In this document: positions 9,908 to 19,188 of the stretch, one piece after another
Numbering within the stretch: the first letter of the stretch is position 1
Layout: each line of letters begins with the position of its first letter
Origin: a virus
Lineage: Duplodnaviria; Caudoviricetes
IMG/VR virus record: IMGVR_UViG_3300028374_000014
Span: 1-61,781 of that record
Length of the DNA: 61,781 nucleotides
Direction: 5' to 3' (one strand)
Notes under the pieces: model-generated
What the model was told of the DNA's origin: nothing
The model's database searches: none
What the model saw: only the letters and a program-made list of their open reading frames with translations
Translations under genes and position numbers: made by a program

Positions 9908-12778
9908 TTAGTCATCGAATTCTGCGCCAGTATTTGTGATCACAAAATCAATTGCGAAGAATTCCACCGTTCTTGTTGGAACAATGATGATTTTCGCATA
10001 CATGATATTTCGATCGACCAAATCATCTGTCGTAGTCGTCTCATCTAATATAAGCTTATATTTATTAATGCCGAATCGCGACTTCGCGTCATCTAAAATA
10101 GGTGAGGCAGAAGCTTTGAAACTTTTCCAAGTTTCTGCAACATTCGGCTCGAATAACGTTGTTGCTGCAACGCGTGAAATTCGCTTTTTCATGTCAATCA
10201 TCAAACGACGAACATTCACACGATCCAACGCTGAACTTTCAGTTTGCAACGTTTTTTGACCCCAAACCACAATACCTTCATTCGGCATTTTGGCAATTGA
10301 GTTGATTCGTGTACGATAAAGGTCATCGCGATCGTCGCTGTAAAGACGACGAGAAACGTTAACCACATCGAGGCCCGAATCACCCTTTGTCAAGCCACCG
10401 CGTGTGAATCCGGCTGGTGCGAACCAAGGCGCTGCCACTTTATCAGTGCGAGCCATTGTTCCGAGAGCCACCACAGAAGGCGGTACCCATACCAAACTAC
10501 CATTAAGGCTATCACGAATCTGTACCCACGGTTCGTAAGCTGCTCCATAAGACGTTGAGAGGCCGCGTGCTTTCATGTTGGATACAACCGTAGCTGTATC
10601 ACCTAAGCGGTCAGTGAACGTGTTAGAAGACTCCTCGCGGGCCGTGAAGCCGCCTTTAGGATCAATGAGTGCTAACGAATCACCACGATTCTCACAAATA
10701 CGTGTTAATAGACCAGTTAGACCTTCGTTTGTAAGACCCGGGATTACAGCAAGATTGTGATCAATTACTTCAGGATCACTAACTGCTTCAATCGCTTTCT
10801 TATATGTATAGTATACTGAATCACTTGTTTCCGTTGGTGTAGATGCAATTGCACTATTTCTAAACGGATTCATTTCTGTGATATCCACACCGTCAAAACC
10901 ACCGTATAATGGTGTAGTGAAACGGTTGTGATTATTATCAAGCAACGACTCATATCCAAATACTGCACTAATAGATGTTCCGCCTGCTCGACTACCTGAC
11001 ATATATTCTGCTGGCGCAGAAACATTGTTCAATTGTGTTGAAGAACCCGATACATCGTCAAGTGTAAAGACCCACGAATATTCGACAAACTCACCACCAT
11101 CTGTTTCACTACGATAATCGCCTGACAATGGTCTGACATAATCGGCGTATCCATCATCATGCAATGTAGAAGTAGCGGTACGAGTTGTTGTTACACCGTA
11201 ATAACTTTTAATCGCATCGCCAGTTGAGCCATCCGTTGCTTTAGAACGAAGTTGAAGTTCTGGGAATTCAAATGAGCCCGTAAAGATGAACGAACCAACA
11301 TTGACAAACTCTGTAGCCTCTTGATTAGCATGAGGTACAGAACCGGCGCCCTTCACTAATGAACCGGTAAACTGTGTTTGTTCGTCGGTTTCATCAGGGT
11401 ACATTTCGTTCGCTGAACCGGAAATCAATGCAAATGCTTTGTGTTTTTCCGGGCCAAATACGCCGAACGGAAGTGATGCAGGATTAACCATACCATTCAT
11501 GACAGAATCATTCATTTCAACACGAATGTATGAAGATCGATTGTCATATGTACCAATTTCCTTAAATCGTTTCTTGATGTCATCCCAACTAAGGTATTTA
11601 TCACCAATTCGAACTGCGATAAAGTCAGCCGAAGCCGGATTCAAATTACAACCACTATATCTTTCAATGATTTGCGGATTTGCGTCACTGTCTTGTGTGC
11701 GACGAACAACAACATCAAATGTGCCATATTCTTCTGACGTTGATGTAGAAGCTCGAACATTTTGAATAGAAATCTTCAGATTCTTAGAATCCCATGTGCC
11801 ACCAGTCAACGAATGGAGACGGAACAACTTCTGCAAGTTTCGTGGCTCAAACGTTGATACAGCAGCATCAAAATCTTGTGAGATAAACCAACCTGTTTTT
11901 GCAGCTTGATTTTTATATTTATATGTGCCACCAGAAACATCACCGCTGTGTGAACCCTCAAGTGCCATAACCATAGCAAATTGTGAACCAGCCGCGGAAG
12001 ATGTGACAAGTGTGTCAAGGTGACGCTCGTAAGATTCACCTAACCAGTAGTTGTATGTATCAGAGGCATCAAAAATGTCTGTGTTTGTAAGAATTGGATT
12101 CGTGTTGAACACGCGTCGAATATATTTGTCTGATGACCGATTGAAGTTAAAGTCTGTTTCAATAACTGTTGCGTCATTAGCATCTTTGATAATTGCTCGG
12201 AATTGCTTATTAGAGCCATTCGAAGTGAACAGCGTTGCAGAACCAGAATCCGTTCCACCGTCTCGTGTAGAACCTGACAAAACAATTGAGCCGGTTTGTA
12301 AGTACCAGACCGCTGCAAGAGCACCGGTCAATGCTGACTCAGTAGAGCCAGAGTCAATAACGAATAGACCATATGCTCCACCATTTGTTCCAACTGTTGT
12401 TGTTGGAGTATTATCAGTTTCCCATCCGGCTTTACCAGAGGCTTCGGCATTATCACTTTGATCACCAAGAAGACGAACAAAAGTTAATGGCGCGTTGTTG
12501 CGCAACCAAGCTTCGGCAGCATATGCACCGTACGTTGGTGATGCAGGAAGCGCTTCGCGCCAAACGTCACCATTCACGGTTCCGGGCGTCGGTGCACCGA
12601 ATACCTCAATAAATTCAGAAAATGAATTAACTTGAATTGGCTGCATCGCCGGGCCCTTTTGGGAACGGCCGACCACAACCGGGCCGATGTTATCTGTAGC
12701 AACGGACGGAAGCTGTGAATTATCTATTTCTCGGAACTCGACCCCGGGAGATATAAAGCGGAACTTTTTGACTGACAT
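9908..12778 (-). CDS. Tail sheath protein (T4 gp18-like)
   Basis: N-terminal SPGV-x-x-RE-x-D-x-S; C-terminal WFAPAG-x-x-RG, WGQKTLQ...SALDRVNVRRL, FEPN, EF-x-x-IDF. Confidence 0.95.
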   Translation of the reverse strand: MSVKKFRFISPGVEFREIDNSQLPSVATDNIGPVVVGRSQKGPAMQPIQVNSFSEFIEVFGAPTPGTVNGDVWREALPASPTYGAYAAEAWLRNNAPLTFVRLLGDQSDNAEASGKAGWETDNTPTTTVGTNGGAYGLFVIDSGSTESALTGALAAVWYLQTGSIVLSGSTRDGGTDSGSATLFTSNGSNKQFRAIIKDANDATVIETDFNFNRSSDKYIRRVFNTNPILTNTDIFDASDTYNYWLGESYERHLDTLVTSSAAGSQFAMVMALEGSHSGDVSGGTYKYKNQAAKTGWFISQDFDAAVSTFEPRNLQKLFRLHSLTGGTWDSKNLKISIQNVRASTSTSEEYGTFDVVVRRTQDSDANPQIIERYSGCNLNPASADFIAVRIGDKYLSWDDIKKRFKEIGTYDNRSSYIRVEMNDSVMNGMVNPASLPFGVFGPEKHKAFALISGSANEMYPDETDEQTQFTGSLVKGAGSVPHANQEATEFVNVGSFIFTGSFEFPELQLRSKATDGSTGDAIKSYYGVTTTRTATSTLHDDGYADYVRPLSGDYRSETDGGEFVEYSWVFTLDDVSGSSTQLNNVSAPAEYMSGSRAGGTSISAVFGYESLLDNNHNRFTTPLYGGFDGVDITEMNPFRNSAIASTPTETSDSVYYTYKKAIEAVSDPEVIDHNLAVIPGLTNEGLTGLLTRICENRGDSLALIDPKGGFTAREESSNTFTDRLGDTATVVSNMKARGLSTSYGAAYEPWVQIRDSLNGSLVWVPPSVVALGTMARTDKVAAPWFAPAGFTRGGLTKGDSGLDVVNVSRRLYSDDRDDLYRTRINSIAKMPNEGIVVWGQKTLQTESSALDRVNVRRLMIDMKKRISRVAATTLFEPNVAETWKSFKASASPILDDAKSRFGINKYKLILDETTTTDDLVDRNIMYAKIIIVPTRTVEFFAIDFVITNTGAEFDD

Positions 12779-12827
12779 ATGGTTTTCTCCTGCTTAAATT
12801 TTATAGCATAAGATATAAGAATCTTTC

Positions 12828-12843
12828 ACTAATAAGTATTAGT
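12828..12843 (-). promoter_or_regulatory. Putative late promoter (ATACTTATT) inside the palindrome ACTAATA-n2-TATTAGT, upstream of the sheath gene
   Basis: Motif at 12831-12839, about 55 nt before the sheath ATG, with an AGGAG RBS in between. Confidence 0.45.
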
Positions 12844-12893
12844 AAATTTTTGGGAAAGTAATTTTGATTTCAATTTGCCGGCGAAGGTGTTAT

Positions 12894-14060
12894 CTATAGA
12901 TGAAAATCTTCGCTATTATCACTGAACAACTTATGAAACTCGCGGCTTGGCATCTTTTCATATTCTTCACGATATGGAACAACTCTGATATATTTATCGT
13001 CTTTCCCAAGCAAATGGCCATTCGTAATATATTCCTCTCCATCGATTGTAAGAACAGAGTATGCTGATGTTAATTTAGCGCGGGATGGGAACGGTCCCAC
13101 AAAACTAGAATCAGAAGCCCATTGTGGTTGCAGCATTAACTGAACAATGTTCCACGGCAAATCTGTGTTCTCCTCACCGTACGAGTGCCGTGTTACACCA
13201 CTTGCTTTCACTCTTGTCGCTCCGAGAATTTCTATAATATCTCGAATTAAAGGAAGATATTTTTCTTTCGGTGGAGTGCCGCTTTGACCTTGTATACCTT
13301 TTAACGTTTTTGACTCTGGCTCCCAAGTAGCAATCACCTTTGGGTTGTTTACTTTATCATACAAAAGGATCATTGATGCGTTTTCTTCTAGTGTCATTAC
13401 ACCCAGACTGCCGCAGTTCTTCATCTTTTTACCAACAGCGCGGCATTTCTTGCTTTTAGTGTCCACCCACTTGTATCCATTAGGGTATTTTTTAAGAACG
13501 TCGAAATTAGGCAATTGTGTCCGTTCGTAGAATTTTTCTTTAGCTTCCGAATATTCTAAATTTTTATAAGGCCCTAAATCCGTTAATTTACCGTCAATAA
13601 TCGCTTGGATAAATTCCGAATTCAAAACATAACTTAAATCACCAATCATGCGCTTTTCGATATCTTCAATGATGTTGTCTATCTCTTCATCCGTAAAAGC
13701 GATTCTTTCCCCTAAAAATTCAATATCATGAACTTCAACAAATTTTTGATTTTTCCATTTTGGGTGGTTATAGTTGTAAAACTTCTCGTATCGCGGATCG
13801 CAGCAGGGTAATTCTCTTAAACTTTCAAGAAATTTTTTAATTTCTATATTATCAAAAATATCTGTCCTAGTGAAATTTCCGGCCTTTTCGAGCCCCTTTC
13901 CATAATGATCTGTTGCCCACTTTGCCACCAAAAAACTATTCTTTCCAAAAAGCTTTTGAAAGATGCGAGCAATATCTGGAGGGAAACCCAAAATTCTTTT
14001 CATATTGCCTTGGGAGTCCTCTTTGACAACGCCTCTCCAATTTTCCATTAGCTGTCTCAT
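12894..14060 (-). CDS. Accessory protein with the shared ENWR leader; PcfJ-like domain suspected
   Basis: Starts MRQLMENWRGVVKE. Internal GYKWV...VGKKMKNCG...LLYD resembles the PcfJ E-G-x-x-M-x-H-C pattern. Confidence 0.6.
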   Translation of the reverse strand: MRQLMENWRGVVKEDSQGNMKRILGFPPDIARIFQKLFGKNSFLVAKWATDHYGKGLEKAGNFTRTDIFDNIEIKKFLESLRELPCCDPRYEKFYNYNHPKWKNQKFVEVHDIEFLGERIAFTDEEIDNIIEDIEKRMIGDLSYVLNSEFIQAIIDGKLTDLGPYKNLEYSEAKEKFYERTQLPNFDVLKKYPNGYKWVDTKSKKCRAVGKKMKNCGSLGVMTLEENASMILLYDKVNNPKVIATWEPESKTLKGIQGQSGTPPKEKYLPLIRDIIEILGATRVKASGVTRHSYGEENTDLPWNIVQLMLQPQWASDSSFVGPFPSRAKLTSAYSVLTIDGEEYITNGHLLGKDDKYIRVVPYREEYEKMPSREFHKLFSDNSEDFHL

Positions 14061-14134
14061 AATTTAATACCTCGCGGCGACATACAGGACGCATAGGGCA
14101 AATAAGAAACCAACAACAATTTCTATAACTCCAA

Positions 14135-14968
14135 TCATTGACTATACTTCCCAAAAAGTTCATCAAATTCTTCGTCGGTTAATACGCTTTCTTCAAAACT
14201 TATTTCTACTGCATTTTCCCGAATGGCGATCGCCGGCTGTTCGCGATTATCACCTTCACCGATTATGTAACCTTTCACACGAATAGGTATCTCGGCTTTA
14301 AATATTCTCTCTTCTTCGTCGAAATTCTCCAAGTTATCATTCTGACCAAAATCATCATCAAAATACGCTTCATATTTCCAATCACCATTCTTAACTAAGA
14401 AATACTTGTGGTTTCCAGCTTTCGTCAAAAACGGTGTAAGCATCTCATTCATTTGTTGTTGGTATTCACAACGAAGCACAACCACATAACTTAAATCTAG
14501 ATATACAATATTCGGAATCATAAAGTGCTCATATACGACCTTCTCGTTTTCTTTCAAAGGTGCAACAGCTTTAAAGTTTAGTTTTCCTTCTTTCCGAAGA
14601 GCCCGGGCACGCTCAAATTCCGACGTTTTTGGACCATTGATGCGTTTCGACCATGCAATCCTCATACCACCTTTCTTATCTGGTGTTTCAGGAACAGCTG
14701 CCCAATACTTTCCTTTGAAATTCAAGTTTTTTGATGTCTTTGCTCGACGTGTGGTCATTTGAGGCAAAATCAAAACACCCTTTGCATCGCGCAATCTCAA
14801 ATCTTTCTTAACCTGATATGCTCGCTCTGCGCCAGTCCATACGAAAGGCACAGGTTTCCACCCTTTGTTAGTTGTAGCGTGAATGTTTAATTCTTTTACA
14901 AAGTCTAACACTGCCTGATCGATATGTTCCAAAGTGGAAAGATCTAGATTTACTGTTTTATTTTTCAT
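14135..14968 (-). CDS. Putative tail terminator / sheath stabiliser (T4 gp15-like)
   Basis: Start moved to MKNK at 14968, right after the upstream stop. VPFVW-x-x-AER...LP-x-M...P-x-x-V-x-x-x-LSY...QQMNE; lies between neck and sheath genes. Confidence 0.6.
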   Translation of the reverse strand: MKNKTVNLDLSTLEHIDQAVLDFVKELNIHATTNKGWKPVPFVWTGAERAYQVKKDLRLRDAKGVLILPQMTTRRAKTSKNLNFKGKYWAAVPETPDKKGGMRIAWSKRINGPKTSEFERARALRKEGKLNFKAVAPLKENEKVVYEHFMIPNIVYLDLSYVVVLRCEYQQQMNEMLTPFLTKAGNHKYFLVKNGDWKYEAYFDDDFGQNDNLENFDEEERIFKAEIPIRVKGYIIGEGDNREQPAIAIRENAVEISFEESVLTDEEFDELFGKYSQ

Positions 14969-14969
14969 T

Positions 14970-15632
14970 TTAGATATCATCCTCGGGGAGCAACGACATT
15001 TGGCGAGCGCGGTGTTTCTTACTAGCAATATATTTCAGTATATTTTCACCGCCCACATCACGATGCCACTTTAATCCGTCTGACAACTTACCCCAAGCTA
15101 ACATGATGGCTTGTTCGGGCTTATACACAACCAAAACGGGACCATCAGTGCGTCCTGTAAAGATTAGCCCATCCAATTTCTCTATAGTTCCGTCATCATT
15201 AATCAATTGTTGTGCTAATCTGTATGCTATTTCACTAGTGTAATTATTATCCAAATTTGAGCGAATACCTTCATCATTTAAGAAGTCTTGTAACCCCAAA
15301 TCATGAAATTTTTGTTCTATTGTTCTATTGTCACCCATTTTTCTTGACACACTTTTATCCAACACCAAGAAACGATCTGTTATGCTCACTGCAAACTTAA
15401 TCACAATATCACCATAAAGTCCCGATCCTGTTGATCCGTTTTCTAAATCATAAGTTGCGTACAAAGCTTTCCCGTAGGACGCGTCTGTGTTTTTCTGTAA
15501 ACTATATCCCTGAGTAAGCATCGATTTTATATCTTTAAAAGAATTTGTCCCGTGATATACCGTAGCTTTCCTACTATAAACCCGTTCATTTATGGTTTTT
15601 CTCCAATTTTCCATGATAAGTTTAAGATGCAT
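14970..15632 (-). CDS. Putative ADP-ribosyltransferase (H-Y clade) with the shared ENWR leader
   Basis: Start moved to MHLKLIMENWRKTINE at 15632. VYHGT, YGKALYAT, YG-x-x-V-x-x-F and DGLIFTG-x-x-DG-x-V-x-VVY match the PARP/diphtheria-toxin-like fold. Confidence 0.65.
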   Translation of the reverse strand: MHLKLIMENWRKTINERVYSRKATVYHGTNSFKDIKSMLTQGYSLQKNTDASYGKALYATYDLENGSTGSGLYGDIVIKFAVSITDRFLVLDKSVSRKMGDNRTIEQKFHDLGLQDFLNDEGIRSNLDNNYTSEIAYRLAQQLINDDGTIEKLDGLIFTGRTDGPVLVVYKPEQAIMLAWGKLSDGLKWHRDVGGENILKYIASKKHRARQMSLLPEDDI

Positions 15633-16116
15633 CGAATTGTCCTTCGCGAGCTTTACGTGCTTCAACCGATACTTCAAATTTATGATCGGGTTGGCCGAAG
15701 AGTTCGTCGGGTTGTGCAACCTTGTGAATTTCGTACAGAATGTCACCCCATAAAATATAATCACCTTCTCTTACGAATAGGTTCTGATCTTCTGTTAATC
15801 TTCTTTTAAAGAAATGAACCGTAATCGCCGTTTTCTTATCTGGTCCTAAGCTGTCTTCGAAATTTGTTTCAATACCGCCCCACTCAACAACAGCGAACGA
15901 TTGAACTGGAGATAGAAAACTTTTGACAATAGCTTCACCGTATATATTCCATCTTGTACTAACTTGATCAATAGGGTAGTATAACAATTGCTGACCTCGG
16001 ATTCTTTCCGAGACTTCATCATTAATTTGCTTAACAAAATCGCGTTCTCTTTTATTGGTGAATAAAGGAGCCGGTGGCGTACTCAATCTTGACCATTTTT
16101 TGCCATCATCTGCCAT
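15622..16116 (-). CDS. Head completion / neck protein (T4 gp14-like)
   Basis: GQQLLYYPID...IYGEA-x-x-K-x-F...EGD-x-I...YEI...FGQ; GGAGAG RBS; expected synteny. Confidence 0.65.
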   Translation of the reverse strand: MADDGKKWSRLSTPPAPLFTNKRERDFVKQINDEVSERIRGQQLLYYPIDQVSTRWNIYGEAIVKSFLSPVQSFAVVEWGGIETNFEDSLGPDKKTAITVHFFKRRLTEDQNLFVREGDYILWGDILYEIHKVAQPDELFGQPDHKFEVSVEARKAREGQFDAS

Positions 16117-16130
16117 AATTTGTTCTCTCC

Positions 16131-17030
16131 TTAATCATGGCCGAAGCCTGCGTCAATAATTTTGATCACCTTTTTTTCATTGAACCCCAAATTATTGCTA
16201 TGAAAATCATCGGGATTAACATTGGCTACTCGCATTGCTTCCAAGAGCCGCGCGAAATTTGGATCAGGATTCTCATAATATTTGAACAAGGCGCTTAGTG
16301 CATCTTTATGCAACCGTTGTCCCTCTGGGTCTTTGTATAGTTTGTACGTACTAAATTGCAGTAGTGCTGATACTACTACCATACCATGTTTAATGCCACC
16401 AGAAGGTGGATAGTCAGACCTGTAAAGCTTTGTAACATTCCATTTATATTTCAATAATATCTTAACTGTATTATTAATGTCATGCGTTTTATGTCGTGAT
16501 CGTGCGAATTTCTGTAATTCATTACCAATAATGCTCGTAGGTTCAAAATTATTTGCTATCTTTTCACGGAATTGATCAGATATAGTAAATAATTTTGGGA
16601 ATAACATCTTGTATCGTTCTATTGAATTGTGTCCTTTACCTATTTGTTCTACATATTCGACAATAAACCACAAATAATCTCGGTCGTCGTACGCTTCAAT
16701 TTTAGGAAACGCATCAAGATTGAATTGATTGAATTTTCTAATTTCTTTTTTATTCTCGCCTATCGCTTTGTCGTATACTGATCTAACAATTTTAACAACC
16801 TCCCCACCGGGTGACTGGTAGGCCGCTCTGGTCAGGCCTTCGCCAAGGCAGGTGAAGTTATTGTTCTTAAAAAAGCGATAAAGACGAGAGTGTTTTTCTC
16901 TTAGGGTAATTTTTTTATGTTCTATTAGATTATCTAATTCATATGAATTCTGTATAAACGCATGCATTTCTTCAGAATACACATTTTCTTTGAGAACGCT
17001 TCTTCTGCAATTTTCAAATAGTTTTTGCAT
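16131..17030 (-). CDS. Protein kinase-like protein with the shared leader (paralog of 31059..31904)
   Basis: Start moved to MQKLFENCRRSVLKE at 17030. Gly loop LGEGLTRAAY, VVKI lysine, N-x-x-E helix, catalytic loop DFHSNNLG, DFG-like IIDAGFG. Confidence 0.7.
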   Translation of the reverse strand: MQKLFENCRRSVLKENVYSEEMHAFIQNSYELDNLIEHKKITLREKHSRLYRFFKNNNFTCLGEGLTRAAYQSPGGEVVKIVRSVYDKAIGENKKEIRKFNQFNLDAFPKIEAYDDRDYLWFIVEYVEQIGKGHNSIERYKMLFPKLFTISDQFREKIANNFEPTSIIGNELQKFARSRHKTHDINNTVKILLKYKWNVTKLYRSDYPPSGGIKHGMVVVSALLQFSTYKLYKDPEGQRLHKDALSALFKYYENPDPNFARLLEAMRVANVNPDDFHSNNLGFNEKKVIKIIDAGFGHD

Positions 17031-17031
17031 A

Positions 17032-18729
17032 TTATACAGGCTCCCAAAAGTTATATTTTTTATCAGGTGTCGCAATGTCGAATAAACGATCATCCAAGTT
17101 CGCATTTCTGTTATTAACCAACTTAGAGTTTGCATCAAGTGCAATCTTTCTAGTAAGTCCAAAAAACTTCTTTAAGTTCTTGTCACAATTTATAGCAGTG
17201 TCAAGAGTCAAAAGATATTCTGATCCATAATCAAGCGGACTTAAATCAAATCCAAATACGGCAGATGTAGGATTTTTTACAGGATCGAACCAAAGACTAC
17301 TCCGGGTTGATCCTATTTTGTAATCCAATCCAGACCGAACAGACCGCAAAGCTGATGCAAATTCTTTATCAATCATGAGCTCAGCAGCTTGCACCATTGA
17401 CACGAAAACAACTTTATATGAACGTCCTTTTATCAAAGTATTCGCAGAATCATTATAATATTTGCTTAACACTTCTAAAGTTTTTTCACGTTCAGCAGGG
17501 TCCGATATTGTTTTCAATGAATCATAGAATTTCTTAACGCAATTGTCCATATCGACGCCAAGCGTCGCTTCAACAAGTTTCAGTTTCTCTTCGAACGAGT
17601 ATTCCACCTGTTTCAACCCTAAATCAGACATTAAATTGATATCTACCTTGATAAATGTTGCAGGACCGCTGAATCGATATTCTTGCGTAAACCCTGTATC
17701 AGTTTTGTCAATAGATAAATTTCCATCTGAATATGTGGCGTAACCTCCGCTGTCTAGGTATAAGTTCTTAAATTGATAAGGTTCAATAATTTCTCCATTA
17801 TCTAACGTTATCTCGTCGCCGTCATTTACGAACGATTCAGCGGTTTCCATCAAAACTTTGGCATGTTGTTCATATTGGCTAACAGTATCTTGAATTGATT
17901 CTCTAATTTCACCCTGTGCAGTATACATAATTGGTTGGTATTTTTGTGACCACAAACCGTTCGTTAAACGATCCAACATCTTTTCACATGGTTGCAGTTT
18001 TTGACGATTAATTGGAATATCATGCATTTGTGCTATACGACGTGGAACATCCATTTGGCACATTTGTGCATCTTTAGCATTAAAGATTTCCTGTGGATTC
18101 TTTGCCAATTCGTCGACATCTTTTTCCAACTTTTGAGCCAAACCTTCCAATTTCTCTTTAGGATAATACACCAATGCTATCTTAAAATTATCTCGTGTTT
18201 CATTATCTGGCTTTTTGTTTATCATAAAGATAAAGTTAATTCCTCTATAAAGGGCATAGTTGCTAAATTGATTACTTTCTTTACCCGAAATACACCACTT
18301 AGTTGAAGCTCCGTAATAACAGCTAGCCTTGGTTGACAGAGGAGCAATAAATAGATATTTATCATCTTCGTATATTTTGATTGCGCCTGATTTAATGTCT
18401 TCACGTTTCTTCGTTTTTGATTTTCCCATAGATTGCAGTTTTTGCTGCAATTCAGGAAAACTCCATTGATAAATATCTTTTTCAGCACCTTGTAAACGTT
18501 GACGAACTTTGTGGAATCTTTGCGTCGTATCGATAACCTCTTTGGGACTGTGATTGTTTTTGATAGCTTGTTTTGCCATCCAATTAAGATACTTATCATC
18601 ACCGGAAGGATCATTATCTGACAATTGTTGAACAACCTCGATATCATCGGGATATCTTTTCATTATTTTGTCAATTCTTGCTTCCTGAAGAAAACCTCGG
18701 AAGTTATTGTATACTTTATTGTAACTCAA
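17032..18729 (-). CDS. Large accessory protein with a leader ending LQE; contains a YG-x-x-TKWC domain
   Basis: TTG start with GGAG RBS; MSYNKVYNNFRGFLQE; KYLNWM...IYEDDKYLFIAP...ASCYYGASTKWCIS. Confidence 0.7.
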   Translation of the reverse strand: MSYNKVYNNFRGFLQEARIDKIMKRYPDDIEVVQQLSDNDPSGDDKYLNWMAKQAIKNNHSPKEVIDTTQRFHKVRQRLQGAEKDIYQWSFPELQQKLQSMGKSKTKKREDIKSGAIKIYEDDKYLFIAPLSTKASCYYGASTKWCISGKESNQFSNYALYRGINFIFMINKKPDNETRDNFKIALVYYPKEKLEGLAQKLEKDVDELAKNPQEIFNAKDAQMCQMDVPRRIAQMHDIPINRQKLQPCEKMLDRLTNGLWSQKYQPIMYTAQGEIRESIQDTVSQYEQHAKVLMETAESFVNDGDEITLDNGEIIEPYQFKNLYLDSGGYATYSDGNLSIDKTDTGFTQEYRFSGPATFIKVDINLMSDLGLKQVEYSFEEKLKLVEATLGVDMDNCVKKFYDSLKTISDPAEREKTLEVLSKYYNDSANTLIKGRSYKVVFVSMVQAAELMIDKEFASALRSVRSGLDYKIGSTRSSLWFDPVKNPTSAVFGFDLSPLDYGSEYLLTLDTAINCDKNLKKFFGLTRKIALDANSKLVNNRNANLDDRLFDIATPDKKYNFWEPV

Positions 18730-19184
18730 GTCTCTTCTCCATAAAATAAAAAGTCAGCAACGTTTGCAGCGAATTGCACAACATCTTGGGGGTCTTCATA
18801 AAATTCATTATCTTGATAGTATAGCTCATCTAAGATTTCGACATCTTCCGATGACCTAGACCGAAGAAATACAACCACATGTTATGCATTAGTTTTCTTC
18901 TTATGTTGCTCTAACAAAAATCCCACGTAGTAATTCGGGAATAAAATCGTTAACATATTTTTATACGAATCTTCCCAATAAGACATTTGCTCATTATCAA
19001 TCTCTTGTACTTCATTGTTTCGTACTCGCACCAAATGGTGATCACGAGGGTCCACACGGTCGTAAAACTGATCCACAATACCTTGCAAAATCGGTTCCAG
19101 ACTGTTCATAAACCGCGTCTTTGTAAAGTGATCCTTTTTAGATAAGTCGAGGGTCTTATTCCAGTTTTCAAGCAATTTCTTCAT
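18726..19184 (-). pseudogene. ENW-leader gene interrupted by an in-frame TAA at 18882-18884
   Basis: MKKLLENWNK... The frame continues for 51 sense codons past the TAA (HVVVFLRSRSSEDVEILDELYYQ...GEET*) and ends in a TTGA overlap with the next start. Confidence 0.55.
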
Positions 19185-19188
19185 TTCA

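Noticed and set aside
1450-12778. Extracellular contractile injection system or tailocin
   Set aside because: Capsid, portal, terminase, protease and replication genes are contiguous, so this is a phage.
12829-12905. Frameshifted C-terminal extension of 12894..14060 (SIDNTFAGKLKSKLLSQKFTNTY*)
   Set aside because: Only about 23 codons, which could be chance; it cannot be judged without homologs or reads.
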